This document shows, one piece after another, positions 1-9,537 of a stretch of DNA of 64,000 nt (position 1 is its first letter; each line of letters starts with the position of its first letter). The notes beneath the pieces were generated by a model. That model was not told the origin of the DNA. It saw only the letters and a program-made list of their open reading frames with translations, and ran no database searches. Source of the DNA: Acidobacteriota bacterium (GTDB lineage: Bacteria > Acidobacteriota > Terriglobia > Terriglobales > Acidobacteriaceae); contig JANYDG010000068.1 of the NCBI GenBank assembly GCA_025359885.1, positions 6,177 to 70,176 of the forward strand, given 5' to 3'. Both the position numbers and the translations under genes were made by a program.

Positions 1-1
1 G

Positions 2-211
2 CAGCGTGGCGCGGTGCCGACCTGCGCCGACCGGCTGCTGGGAACGAGGCTTGGTTCGGAGGCGGTGGCGCAGATGGTCGCCGGGCACACGGGCCTGCTG
101 GTCGGCATGTGCCGCGGCGAACTGGTCACGACCCCACTGGAAACAGTGGTGAACGGGGTGAAGCCGCTTGACCCGTGGTTTCTGAAGGCAGCGGACGTAT
201 TGGCGCAGTAA
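2..211 (+). CDS. pfkA: ATP-dependent 6-phosphofructokinase, C-terminal fragment (5' end outside window)
   Basis: The frame is open from the window edge to TAA 209-211. The tail QRGAVPTCADRLLGTRLGSEAVAQMV... matches the PfkA C-terminal region (E. coli [22 protein letters not shown]) by eye. Confidence 0.7.
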   Translation, partial: QRGAVPTCADRLLGTRLGSEAVAQMVAGHTGLLVGMCRGELVTTPLETVVNGVKPLDPWFLKAADVLAQ

Positions 212-264
212 GAGCCGACGCAAAAAGACCTGGCACCGTGGTGGGCCAGCTCTGGAAGTGGGGC

Positions 265-291
265 TGTCAGGGTTGTCAGGGTTTGTCAGGG
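265..291. repeat. Three tandem TGTCAGGG units (reverse complement CCCTGACA). The last unit contains the stop codon of the minus-strand gene 286..1059.
   Basis: Read directly: tgtcaggg at 265, 274 and 284. The gene ends AAG CCC TGA, followed by CAAACCCTGACAACCCTGACA on the coding strand. Confidence 0.8.
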
Positions 292-1059
292 CTTGCTGGC
301 GGAGGCAATGGCCGGGGCAGCGTGTTGGATCTGGTAGCCGTTGTAGTCGATTTTGAGCACGGTGTCGCCAAGCAGGAAACTGTGGGAGCGAGCCTCGGCA
401 TGGATGGCCATGGGAAAGCCGTCGACGCGGATGTAGTCGCGGGAGACGGTGGTTTCACCGGCCAGGAAGGAAACGCTTTGCGACGGGGTGCCCTCGAGGT
501 GGACGACCATAAAGTCTTGCGCGTCAACCCAGGCTTTGCCGTTGAAGAGATGGGGGCTTTTGCGGCGGGGTTTGAGGTTGACGACGAGGCATTGGCGGCC
601 GGCCATTGAAACCGGATTTGGCTCCAGGTGCATTTCGTAGTTGGTTGAATCGACGAGGACGCTGTCGCGGGTGTCGGCCTGGGACATTTCCTTTTCTCCG
701 GCGAGGACTTTTTCAATGACCGCCGAGCGGAGCAGGCTTGAGCCGCTCTGGGTGAGCGGTTTGTAGTCTTTGCCTGCGCCTTGCCTGAAGGTGGTCTGCA
801 CGGTCATTTCGGAGGAAGTGGCTGCTTCACCGTTGCGAAAGATGGCGTAATGCTCCTGAACGGAATAGCCGACGATCTCAGATTCGCGGGCGAAAACGGC
901 GGCGTCAATGCGACGGATGATGGCTTGTTCAGCGGACTCGGGGCTGGGACCGATGGTGGTTTGGAAAGCAAAGCCGGGGGCGGCGAGGCAGGCAATGCCA
1001 GCGGAGAGCAGGCCCAACCGGGGTGTGCCTGCGGAAATTCGAAGCCGATCAAGGAACAT
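286..1059 (-). CDS. Secreted hypothetical protein, LolA-like/outer-membrane lipoprotein-sorting fold suspected
   Basis: ORF 286..1206. I chose the ATG at 1059 (MFLDRLRISAGTPRLGLLSAGIACLAAPGFA, signal-peptide-like) to avoid overlap with the upstream gene. The fold call rests only on sequence resemblance from memory. Confidence 0.45.
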   Translation of the reverse strand: MFLDRLRISAGTPRLGLLSAGIACLAAPGFAFQTTIGPSPESAEQAIIRRIDAAVFARESEIVGYSVQEHYAIFRNGEAATSSEMTVQTTFRQGAGKDYKPLTQSGSSLLRSAVIEKVLAGEKEMSQADTRDSVLVDSTNYEMHLEPNPVSMAGRQCLVVNLKPRRKSPHLFNGKAWVDAQDFMVVHLEGTPSQSVSFLAGETTVSRDYIRVDGFPMAIHAEARSHSFLLGDTVLKIDYNGYQIQHAAPAIASASKP

Positions 1060-1136
1060 CCTGCTTAGACGCGCGGTCTGACGAAGGGTTCGAATGGAGA
1101 GACGGTGATTGAAAATCATCGGGGCTGCGGGCATTG

Positions 1137-2516
1137 TCATGGGGAAACCGCCAAGGGTGACGGCATAGCTTCGAGGGCGGCGATGCTGGTGAGAGTTTTT
1201 GACCATTTTGCGGGCTCATTTGCAGCAAATACAGGGGGAGTGAACCCAGGGGCTTTGAGGTTTTTGTAGAAGAGGCCGATATTGGCACGGAGTTCAGGGG
1301 TTACCTGGGCGAATTGTTTTTCAGCCAGGCGATTGACGAGGTCAGCGTAGGCCTTGTCGGTAAGGGAATATTCACCGGCGATGGTCACCTGGCCGGTGTC
1401 GAAGTCCTTGTTTTCGAGATGGAGGGAATGGGCTTCTACGCGGTGGAGTTCCAGACTGAACTGGTCAACGGAGTTGTTCACGCTTTGCATGTAGAGAGTT
1501 TCGGTGGCTGGGGTGGGCATGACGATGTCCAGCGAGGCGAGCGGGCCAACCTTGGGAAGAATTGAAATGAGGAAAGCGAGGAGGCGGGTACCGAAGCCTG
1601 GCTCCTTGTACTTGCGTCCCCATTCCTGGCGGAACTGGCTGCGCTTGAGGTGATAGAGGAAGCGCTTGCGCGTCATGGTGGGGTCTTCTTTGAGGATTGC
1701 GTCCTTTTTCAAGACGATGGCAACTTTGGTCATGCGCGGAATGAGGCGGCTGACGGAGTAGCGAAAGGAGCCAATGGTGAGGTCTGCGTCTGGCAAGACA
1801 TCGCTGAGCGGAAGTCCATAGGTGGCCAGGAAGGCGCGCTCCATGAGTGGCTTGGCGACTTCAAAGCCGATGAAGTCGTGGAAGGCCTGGGAGGTGAAGC
1901 GGTTCCTGGCAACCTGCACGACGTCAAAGCCGAATTCGGTGCGGATATGGGCCTTGGGGCTGTCATCATAGGTGACGCTGGGGCCAAACTTTGCTTTGAG
2001 CCTGGGGAAGTTGTCGGCAACGGCAAGGTTGACCTCAGGATGACCGGCGAGGTCGGAGGCATAGTGCGAGAGCGCTCCGAGAGCAAAGGCGTATTCATTG
2101 ATGTCCTGTGCCTGGTCGAGCATGTTGTCAACAAAATCACCACTGCGGACGTAGTGGACAAGGTCAGAGAAGAAGCGGTTGCCGAAAGGGTAATAGCCAA
2201 TATCCTGAATGAGGCATCCGCCATAGGCGTAGGCGTGGGCCTTGATGAGCTCGTCTGGAGTGGCGTTGGGATAGCGCGCAAGGAGCATCGGGCGAAGCTG
2301 GTCTTTCCACAGCAAGTCGACAATCTGCTCATGGGTGAGGATGGAGTACGCCTGGGCTGGTTGGGTGGTGAGGAGCAGGCAGAGCAACAGCGCGGTTGCT
2401 GTTATGACCCGGAACCATGCCTTACGGATGTGGTGCAAGTATGCAGATCGGCAATGCCTTGACTCATCCACCTGGGAAACCCTCGTCAACCCTTGACCCT
2501 TCATCATAGCCCGCAT
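1137..2516 (-). CDS. Zinc-dependent phospholipase C family protein (secreted)
   Basis: 459-aa ORF with a signal-like N-terminus (LLLCLLLTTQPAQA). It has the motifs YSILTHEQI..., HAYAYGGCLIQDIGYYPFG and ALSHYASDLAGHP, which are typical of the Zn-PLC family. Confidence 0.7.
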   Translation of the reverse strand: MRAMMKGQGLTRVSQVDESRHCRSAYLHHIRKAWFRVITATALLLCLLLTTQPAQAYSILTHEQIVDLLWKDQLRPMLLARYPNATPDELIKAHAYAYGGCLIQDIGYYPFGNRFFSDLVHYVRSGDFVDNMLDQAQDINEYAFALGALSHYASDLAGHPEVNLAVADNFPRLKAKFGPSVTYDDSPKAHIRTEFGFDVVQVARNRFTSQAFHDFIGFEVAKPLMERAFLATYGLPLSDVLPDADLTIGSFRYSVSRLIPRMTKVAIVLKKDAILKEDPTMTRKRFLYHLKRSQFRQEWGRKYKEPGFGTRLLAFLISILPKVGPLASLDIVMPTPATETLYMQSVNNSVDQFSLELHRVEAHSLHLENKDFDTGQVTIAGEYSLTDKAYADLVNRLAEKQFAQVTPELRANIGLFYKNLKAPGFTPPVFAANEPAKWSKTLTSIAALEAMPSPLAVSP

Positions 2517-2639
2517 CGATAGCCGGAGTTGTGCCGGTTTGCACAGGCTGCTCCTGATGGCGAGGAATCAGATGCCTCGATTTCTTTGCCGCCCTTGCCA
2601 GCTTCAGGCTCCGATATCGAAGAGAACGGCAGGGGCAAA

Positions 2640-3094
2640 TTACCGTGCATAGGCACGCGTGTGGATTTGATGAGGCGAGATACCCGCTGCCAGCGCCTCA
2701 ACCAGTTTGCCTGGGTCGAACTGATTGTCTGGGGGAACTGAGTCCCGATGGGGTCCGCCGCAAACGCGGCCGAGTTCGTCATTCACTGCGTGGAGGTCTC
2801 CCAGTCGCCCTATACCTCCGACTGCAGTTCAAGCAGGTTGCCGTCTGGGTCAGGGTACTGCATCGAAATCGTCATCCTGTGGTCGAGCGAAAAAAGCGGC
2901 AGAATTCCGACTTCTCCGACTTCCTTGGGGCGGACATCGTTTGCGAGTTGATCGGCCAGTGAAGCGAATTCGTGCGCCTGATGATGAATGCCAGGTACGT
3001 TGCTTTACCAGTCAACCATTGCCTGCAGTTGCGTGGTTTTGAATGGGACGTGGTGCAGTTTGGGCTGGCCAGGAGCGAGGTTGGCCAGGTTCAT
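2640..3094 (-). pseudogene. Decayed VOC (glyoxalase/extradiol dioxygenase-like) family gene
   Basis: One minus-strand frame reads MNLANLAPGQPKLHHVPFKTTQLQAMVDW*SNVPGIHHQAHEFASLADQL...DHRMTISMQYPDPDGNLLELQSEV*GDWETSTQ*MTNSAAFAADPIGTQF. The in-frame stops are TAA (3005-3007), TAG (2810-2812) and TGA (2783-2785). After the G5 run at 2731-2735 the family-like tail FDPGKLVEALAAGISPHQIHTRAYAR* continues in another frame to 2640. Confidence 0.6.
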
Positions 3095-3201
3095 CGCGAA
3101 AGTGGTCACCTGAAGCGGAATGGCGCAAGAATACGGGTTCGCATGCCCAGCGACCCAGCGCTGGTAGGCTGGTGTTTTGAGCGCAAGGATGGCCCAGGCG
3201 G

Positions 3202-4197
3202 ATGGCGGAGACGGATGGCAGAGGCGGATGGCAGACGGTGCTTGATTTGGAAGCCGGTGCAGGCGCGGATTGGGTAATTACGGTGCTGGCGCGCGGAGCT
3301 GTGGATGCTGTGCCGGGGGCGGTTTACGACATTTTGAAGGAGCAGGGGCTCGCTTTTGACAGGCTGGAAATGCCGTCCGGGGCACAGCAAAGGCTTGAGA
3401 CCGAATGGGGTGCTGACGGGCCAGGATACGGTTGCGCGGAGGTTTACGCCCGGGCCGTGGAGGTAGACGAGGGGCGGATGCGGGCAGCCTTTCGCAAACT
3501 GGCCGATGACCGTGCGGTCGATATCGTGGTGCGGCGCAGGAGCGAGTGCAGGCGGACGCCGCGGCTGTTTGTCTTTGACATGGATTCAACGCTGATTCAG
3601 GGCGAGGTGATTGATGAGCTGGCAAAGCTGGCCGGGGTTGGCGACCGGGTGGTCGAGATTACGGCCTCGGCAATGCGGGGAGAGATTGCGTTTCCTGAGA
3701 GCTTTCGCCGGCGGGTTGGCCTGCTGCGGGGGCTGCCGGAGGAGCGGGTGCTGGAGCTTCTGGGGCGGATTCCGCTGATGGAGGGGGCGGAGCGGCTGTT
3801 TGCGGCGCTCAGGGCGCGCGGGGCAAAGACGGCTATTCTCTCGGGAGGATTTACCTTCTTTGGCATGGACGTGCAGCGGCGGCTGGGCGTGGATTTTGTG
3901 CACGCCAACGTGCTGGATATTGCTGGCGGCGAGGTGACCGGCGAGGTCAGGACGGAGATCGTCGATGGCCTGCGCAAGGCCGCGCTGCTGGCGGAGATTG
4001 CCGAGCGCGAAGGGATTCCGCTGGAAGAGGTCGTGGCCGTCGGCGACGGGGCCAATGACCTGCCGATGCTGGCGCTGGCGGGGATGGGTGTAGCTTTCCA
4101 TGCCAAGCCGCTGGTGCGGGCGACGGCGCAGCACGCGATGACGCATGTGGGGCTGGATGGGCTGCTGTATCTGATCGATTCTCAGGAGAATAAGTGA
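3202..4197 (+). CDS. serB: Phosphoserine phosphatase SerB
   Basis: HAD motifs FVFDMDSTLIQGEVIDELA and GDGANDLPMLALAGMGVAFHAKP, with an N-terminal ACT-like extension. ATG 3202 is the first start after an in-frame TGA at 3175. Confidence 0.85.
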   Translation: MAETDGRGGWQTVLDLEAGAGADWVITVLARGAVDAVPGAVYDILKEQGLAFDRLEMPSGAQQRLETEWGADGPGYGCAEVYARAVEVDEGRMRAAFRKLADDRAVDIVVRRRSECRRTPRLFVFDMDSTLIQGEVIDELAKLAGVGDRVVEITASAMRGEIAFPESFRRRVGLLRGLPEERVLELLGRIPLMEGAERLFAALRARGAKTAILSGGFTFFGMDVQRRLGVDFVHANVLDIAGGEVTGEVRTEIVDGLRKAALLAEIAEREGIPLEEVVAVGDGANDLPMLALAGMGVAFHAKPLVRATAQHAMTHVGLDGLLYLIDSQENK

Positions 4198-4244
4198 TAT
4201 CAAGCTGCGTATGGTGATAGCATTGGCTTGCATGGGGGTGGACG

Positions 4245-4532
4245 ATGGCGAATGTGTTGGTGCGGGATCTGCCGGAAGAGACTCATGTTGAGTTAAAGGC
4301 TCGTGCAAAGAAGAACGAGCGGAGCGTCAACGCGGAGATTTGCGCAGTGCTCGTTGAGTCGGCGCGCCCTGGTGCAACTGGTGGATTGGGCACAGAATTC
4401 GCCAAGTGGAAAGAGAAGCATTTGGGGGAATACGACGATAGCGACTTCGACGTGCTGTTTGCGCGAGATAAGACGCCTGCCCGGTACCCGGATTTCAGCG
4501 GCCCGGAGTATGACCTGCCAGAGAGCAAATGA
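4245..4532 (+). CDS. vapB: Ribbon-helix-helix antitoxin (FitA/VapB-like)
   Basis: MANVLVRDLPEETHVELKARAKKNERSVNAEI is an Arc/MetJ-type RHH N-terminus. There is an ATGA overlap with the downstream PIN gene. Confidence 0.7.
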   Translation: MANVLVRDLPEETHVELKARAKKNERSVNAEICAVLVESARPGATGGLGTEFAKWKEKHLGEYDDSDFDVLFARDKTPARYPDFSGPEYDLPESK

Positions 4533-4948
4533 TCCTTCTCGATACCAACGTCGTTTCCGAGATGATGAAGCTGGCGATGAACCGAACGGTGCAATCCTGG
4601 CTCGACCAGCAAAGAGCGAAAGAACTGCATCTGGCGACAACGAGCCTGGCGGAGTTGCGGCTGGGCATCGAAGTGATGCCCGCGGGGCGACGTCGGCAAG
4701 CAATGGAAGAGACACTGGAGGAGATTCTGCGGCGTTTCATTGGCGATCGATTACTGGCGTTCGATGCCAGGGCTGCGGTTGCCTACGCGTTGATCGTGAG
4801 TCGAGCGCGACGCATGGGACGAGCCATCCACTTAGCCGATGGGCAGATCGCGGCCATCGCCAAGGTGCATGGATGCAGTGTGGCAACGCGGGATACCGGA
4901 CCGTTTGACGCAGCTGGACTTACGGTCATCAATCCCTGGCTCGGCTGA
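4529..4948 (+). CDS. vapC: PIN-domain ribonuclease toxin VapC/FitB
   Basis: MILLDTNVVSEMMK... is the canonical PIN start. The gene encodes 139 aa and shows 4-nt start/stop coupling with the antitoxin. Confidence 0.85.
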   Translation: MILLDTNVVSEMMKLAMNRTVQSWLDQQRAKELHLATTSLAELRLGIEVMPAGRRRQAMEETLEEILRRFIGDRLLAFDARAAVAYALIVSRARRMGRAIHLADGQIAAIAKVHGCSVATRDTGPFDAAGLTVINPWLG

Positions 4949-5173
4949 TCGGTATCCACCCGATTGGGCACTTTGAGGATTTGGGAACCAGTCGAATCCG
5001 GCACCCGTATTCCCTGGGCGTATGAACACTGTATTCTCCGCATCCCATCCTTGCGCATTGTTGGTCTACGTGCCGACGCCTGCGTGAGCGCCACAACCAA
5101 ATCCGCGTTGAAGCGCGGGTTCTAAGTCCAATTCGCGGAAGAAGAACCTGGCTGCATCTCTTCGAATGCCCGG

Positions 5174-5215
5174 CGAAGCTCCCTTGCCGAAGCTTCCTTG
5201 CCGAAGCTCCTTGGC
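5174..5215. repeat. Three tandem 14-nt units in non-coding DNA
   Basis: cgaagctcccttgc / cgaagcttccttgc / cgaagctccttggc, read directly between vapC and the MFS gene. Confidence 0.8.
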
Positions 5216-5300
5216 CAGGATCGAGCGCCTCGGAGCACAGGTGACGCTCTCGCAAAATAACCCGGACGCTGCAGCTTGAGGCCGGTACCGCGCCAAGCGT

Positions 5301-6707
5301 CTAGTTCACTTCATCAAAGATGCGGCGGTCTTTGGTCTCAGGCAAAAAGAACAAGCCAATGAAGAAGGTCATCGTGGCAATGGTGATGGGCCAGATGAGG
5401 CCCATGTATTTGGCGTTGATGTCGCCGGGGTGGGCGGTGAGCCACCAGGTGGCAATCCAGGTGGCCATGAGCGGGGTGAGTCCGCCGAATTCGCCGTTGC
5501 CGAGGTGATAGGGGATGGACATGGACGTGTACCGAATCCGCGCCGGAAAAAGCTCGACCAGCAGGGCGGCGATGGGCGCGTAGACGAGGGTGACGTAAAA
5601 GACCTGGAGAAAGATGAGCGCGATCATCACTGGCTGGTTGACCGTGACGACGGCGGTTGGGCCAGCGCCGGTCTTTGTCACCGCCGCAGCCATCGCGTGA
5701 TAAATGGGCCAATAGGTGAGCGCGGCGAGGGCGCAGCCGGTTAGCAGCAGCGGTTTGCGGCCGATCTTGTCCGAGAGCCATCCAAAGAGGATGAAGAAGG
5801 GTGAGGCCAGGGCGAGGCCGATGGCGATCATGATATAGGCGTCTTTGTAGTTCACGCCGAGCGTCTTGGTGAGGAAGACGAGGACGTAGAACTGGCCGGT
5901 GTACCAGACGACGGCCTGGCCAGCGGTTGCTCCAAAAAGGGCGAGGGCGATGAGACGCCAGTTTTTGCTGCCAATCTCAGTGAGCGGGGATTTGGAGGAT
6001 TTGCCCTGGGCCTTGAGCTTGCGGAAGAGCGGCGATTCCTTGAGGCGGATGCGGAGCCAGAGCGAGATGACGACGAGGATGGCCGAGAGCAGGAAGGGGA
6101 TGCGCCATCCCCAGGCCTGAAACGCCTGGTCGCCGAGTTGGACGCGGGCGGTGAGGACGACGATGAGCGCGGCAAAGAGGCCGAGCGTGGCGGTGGTCTG
6201 GATGAAGCTGGTGTAGAGGCCGCGCTGATGGTCAGGGGCGTGTTCGGCGACGTAGGTGGCAGCACCGCCGTATTCTCCGCCGAGGGCGAGGCCTTGCAGG
6301 CAGCGCAGCAGGACGAGCAGGGCCGGGGCGAGGAGGCCGACCTTTTGATACGTGGGCAGCAGGCCGACGGCAAAGGTGGAAAGACCCATCAGGCTCAGCG
6401 TGACGATGAAGGTGTAGCGGCGACCGATGATGTCTCCAATGTGGCCGAAGACGGCAGCGCCGAAGGGGCGGACGGCGAAGCCAGCCCACAGTGCTCCGAG
6501 GGAGAAGAGGAAGCCGGTGGCGAGCGAGCCGGGGAAGAACTGCCCGCTGAGGACGACGGTGAGGATGGCGTAGAGGTAGAAGTCGTACCACTCGATGAGC
6601 GTTCCAGCAGACGAGGCGATGATGACGTGGGTCAGCCCGGAGACGTCTGGAGCGGATTGGTGCGAAGCCGCGCTTGGAGCGGCGAGGTTGCTTGCCATCT
6701 TTGTCAT
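5301..6707 (-). CDS. MFS transporter, metabolite:H+ symporter (MHS, ProP/KgtP-like) family
   Basis: The LIEWYDFYLY motif and about 12 hydrophobic segments. I chose the ATG at 6707 (MTKMASNL...). The ORF-track start at 6953 would add a non-membrane extension and overlap galE. Confidence 0.8.
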   Translation of the reverse strand: MTKMASNLAAPSAASHQSAPDVSGLTHVIIASSAGTLIEWYDFYLYAILTVVLSGQFFPGSLATGFLFSLGALWAGFAVRPFGAAVFGHIGDIIGRRYTFIVTLSLMGLSTFAVGLLPTYQKVGLLAPALLVLLRCLQGLALGGEYGGAATYVAEHAPDHQRGLYTSFIQTTATLGLFAALIVVLTARVQLGDQAFQAWGWRIPFLLSAILVVISLWLRIRLKESPLFRKLKAQGKSSKSPLTEIGSKNWRLIALALFGATAGQAVVWYTGQFYVLVFLTKTLGVNYKDAYIMIAIGLALASPFFILFGWLSDKIGRKPLLLTGCALAALTYWPIYHAMAAAVTKTGAGPTAVVTVNQPVMIALIFLQVFYVTLVYAPIAALLVELFPARIRYTSMSIPYHLGNGEFGGLTPLMATWIATWWLTAHPGDINAKYMGLIWPITIATMTFFIGLFFLPETKDRRIFDEVN

Positions 6708-6925
6708 GACCTCGATCGAGACCAGCGAGCCCTGCGGGGAGTCAGGGACTGTCTGATTGGGAATTCTGGAACTGGTCAATAACGGTGCTTGGCCGGGGTC
6801 TGCGCTGTCAAGTGAATTTGCCGACGAGGCTGCCGGGGTGATTGCCGGTGCCTGTGAAGAAGGTGAGGAGATCGGCGTCAAGGCGCAGGGTGACCTGCTG
6901 CTCTGTTTGTAGCTGCATCTGGGGT

Positions 6926-7951
6926 TTATTTCGCGTGGCGCTTCTGGTGCCATGTCCAGGCGGTCTGGATGATTTCGTCAATTTTCGAATAATTTGGCTT
7001 CCAGCCCATTTCGGCGATGGCCTTTTCGCTGCTGGCGATGAGGAATGCCGGATCGCCGGCGCGGCGTGGCAGCACTTCAACGGGGACAGGGTGGCCGGTG
7101 ACGCGGCGGACGGAGTCGATGACTTCGCGGACGGTGAAGCCGGCGCCGTTGCCGAGGTTGTAGATGAGGCGATGTTGGGCGGCGCGGTCGGTTTCGAGGG
7201 CTTCGAGGGCCAGCTGGTGGGCGTCGGCGAGGTCGGAGACATGCACATAGTCGCGGACGCAGGTGCCGTCGTGGGTGGGGTAATCTTCGCCAAAAATCTT
7301 GATGGCGTTGCGGCGGCCAAGGGCCACATCGAGCACCAGCGGAATCAGGTGCGATTCAGGCTCGTGGGCCTCACCGGCGACGATGACGCCGCTGCCCTTG
7401 CCGCCTACCTCGGGCGCGCCTGCGACGTTGAAGTAGCGCAGGGAAGCCGAGCGTAAGCCGTGGATGCGATGGAACCAGCCGAGCATGGTCTCGACCAGCA
7501 GCTTGGATTCGCCATAAGCGTTGGTGGGGCGCAGGGCTGCGGTTTCGGGAATAGGAATGATTTCGGGTTCGCCATAGACGGCGGCGGTGGAGCTGAAGAC
7601 AAATCGCCTGGGGCCGCAGACGAGCACGCTTTCAAGCAGGGCCAGGGTGGCCGAGGTGTTGGCGCGGAAGTAGACTTCAGGGTGCTTCATGGATTCGCCC
7701 GCTTCGATGAGCGCGGCAAAGTGGAGGACGCCGTCGAAGGAGGCTCCAGCCGCGGTTGCGTCGCGAAAAAGACCTTCGATGCGCGCGCGATCGGCGATGT
7801 CAGCTTCGACAAATTGAACGCCAGCTGGCACCCCGCTTGCGACCGAGTGGCAGAGATTATCGACCACGGTTACCTGGTGCCCCTGCTGGGCGAGAAGTGC
7901 TGCAGTCGTTCCGCCGACGTATCCGGCACCGCCGGTGACCATGATCTTCAT
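6926..7951 (-). CDS. galE: UDP-glucose 4-epimerase
   Basis: MKIMVTGGAGYVGG Rossmann start, YGESK catalytic motif and 341 aa, typical of GalE. Confidence 0.9.
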   Translation of the reverse strand: MKIMVTGGAGYVGGTTAALLAQQGHQVTVVDNLCHSVASGVPAGVQFVEADIADRARIEGLFRDATAAGASFDGVLHFAALIEAGESMKHPEVYFRANTSATLALLESVLVCGPRRFVFSSTAAVYGEPEIIPIPETAALRPTNAYGESKLLVETMLGWFHRIHGLRSASLRYFNVAGAPEVGGKGSGVIVAGEAHEPESHLIPLVLDVALGRRNAIKIFGEDYPTHDGTCVRDYVHVSDLADAHQLALEALETDRAAQHRLIYNLGNGAGFTVREVIDSVRRVTGHPVPVEVLPRRAGDPAFLIASSEKAIAEMGWKPNYSKIDEIIQTAWTWHQKRHAK

Positions 7952-8460
7952 AAAAAATTTGCCCTTTGCACCTTGATTTGATGTAAGTATAGACTATTAC
8001 ACAGGCTGATCAGGGCTGGCATAGGACCGGAACCTGTTCGAAGACCGTCGCCCAGACGGCAAGCCGCAGTCGAGTTGAAGGGTTCGTCGCAGGGAAATCT
8101 GGCAATAAGTTGTTGCTGGACTTGTAGTTCTGCCGGTACCATGCGACGCTAACAGATAGAAGTACCTGTTTGACTCATTGCCTTTGGACGGGTTGCTTCA
8201 CCGGCGTGTCCGAGGTGTGTGCTGTGAACGAATCGCTCCGTGATACGTCAATCAATGGAATGGTCTGGCGATTGCCATACCCGTGAATTTTTAGCCTCAA
8301 GGCCTGAACCTGTCCGATTTTTGCCGATAAGGGAAACGTAATACTCGCTTCGATGCACGGATTTTCCTCCCCCAGAGAGTATCCGTAAGGCCATTGCAAC
8401 TCAGCCCGGCAAATGCCGGTCAAACCGCGGCACATCCAGCCGCGATCGAGGACTGAGGAC

Positions 8461-9537
8461 ATGCCAACGCCCCCGTATGCTGGTCGCACGCGTTTCGGCC
8501 TTTTGCCGGAACCGGAGAGCAACCCGGCTTCTATCCTCACCAGTTGCATCGTAAACGGTGCTATTTTGACAGCTCTGATCATCTTTGGCACGGTCGCTCA
8601 CCACGAGCTTGAGGTGCGCAAGATGGAGACAACCGAGATCGTATTCCCGGTCAAGCCTCCACCGGAGATCAAGATCAAGGTGAAGATGCCTCCTCCGCCC
8701 AAGGTGGAGTCCAAGATTGAACTGCCCAAGATTGCCAAGCTTGAGGCCCCCAAGATCAATCTGCCCAAGCCTGAGCCGAAGCCGGAAGTGAAGCTTCCGG
8801 TGATCAAGGAGGCGATGGCGCTTCCCAAGGTGGCAGCAGCGAAGCCATCGGTGGTGCTGGCGCCCCAGCCAAAGGCAGCCCTGGTAGCAGCGGCCGCACC
8901 GGCGCTGACGCCCCAGTTGCACCCTTCTGTACAGCCGACACACCTCGGCGATATGAATGGCGTAGTGCCCAATCCCAACGCGAGCAAGCCGGCAACGATT
9001 GCCGCGCTCGGTAACCCTTACGGCGGAATGAAGGGTCCCGCAGCGGCGCCCCAGGGCGTCGTGGGTTCCACAGGCTTTGGCAATGGCACCAAGTCGGGCT
9101 CCAATGCCGGGACGATGGGCAAGGTAGCATCGGCAGGGATTCCGGGCGGCAACGGAACGGCGACCAACGGCAGCTACGGCGGCGGCAATGGCCGCGTTGC
9201 GGCGGCGGTGATTCCGGCGATGATGACGACTGCGCCTCCTGCGGCTCAGACCGTTGCACAAGAGACCAAAACGACTCCTCCAGTCCTGCTGAGCCATGGC
9301 GAACCGGAGTACACTTCAGAGGCTCGTCAGCTCAAGATTCAGGGCGATGTCGTGCTTCGGGTCACGATTACGACCAACGGACAGATGCAGGTGCATAACG
9401 TCATTCATGGGCTCGGTCATGGCCTTGATGAATCCGCGATGCGCTCGGCTCCCTCATATCGGTTCCAACCAGCCACTCGAAACGGTCAGCCTGTCGAATA
9501 CACGACCAACATCATCATCAAGTTCCAGACAGCATAG
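8461..9537 (+). CDS. tonB: Energy transducer TonB
   Basis: An N-terminal TM segment (ILTSCIVNGAILTALIIFG), a Pro/Lys-rich spacer (PPPEIKIKVKMPPPPKVE...) and a TonB C-terminal domain (PEYTSEARQLKIQGDVVLRVTI...). The start is taken at ATG 8461; 8413 is also possible. Confidence 0.8.
   Translation: MPTPPYAGRTRFGLLPEPESNPASILTSCIVNGAILTALIIFGTVAHHELEVRKMETTEIVFPVKPPPEIKIKVKMPPPPKVESKIELPKIAKLEAPKINLPKPEPKPEVKLPVIKEAMALPKVAAAKPSVVLAPQPKAALVAAAAPALTPQLHPSVQPTHLGDMNGVVPNPNASKPATIAALGNPYGGMKGPAAAPQGVVGSTGFGNGTKSGSNAGTMGKVASAGIPGGNGTATNGSYGGGNGRVAAAVIPAMMTTAPPAAQTVAQETKTTPPVLLSHGEPEYTSEARQLKIQGDVVLRVTITTNGQMQVHNVIHGLGHGLDESAMRSAPSYRFQPATRNGQPVEYTTNIIIKFQTA

Noticed and set aside
1087-1097. tRNA T-loop-like GGTTCGAATGG in the 77-nt gap between two minus-strand genes
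   Set aside because: The flanking bases cannot form a T-stem, and no acceptor or anticodon arms are evident. I saw no credible tRNA anywhere in the window.
3195-3240. GGATGGCAGA-type repeats at the serB 5' end
   Set aside because: This is a short imperfect repetition (gcggatggcggagacggatggcagaggcggatggcagacgg) spanning the start codon. It is probably slippage debris, and I infer no function.
5301-6953. Full ORF-track extent of the MFS gene (550 aa)
   Set aside because: The first 82 residues are Ser/Pro-rich and not membrane-like, and they would overlap the galE 3' end. The internal ATG at 6707, just before the first TM region, is a better start.
8175-8591. 138-aa minus-strand ORF overlapping the tonB start
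   Set aside because: The 5' half overlaps the tonB N-terminus and upstream region and looks like antisense translation. Only the 3' portion is discussed as a low-confidence finding.
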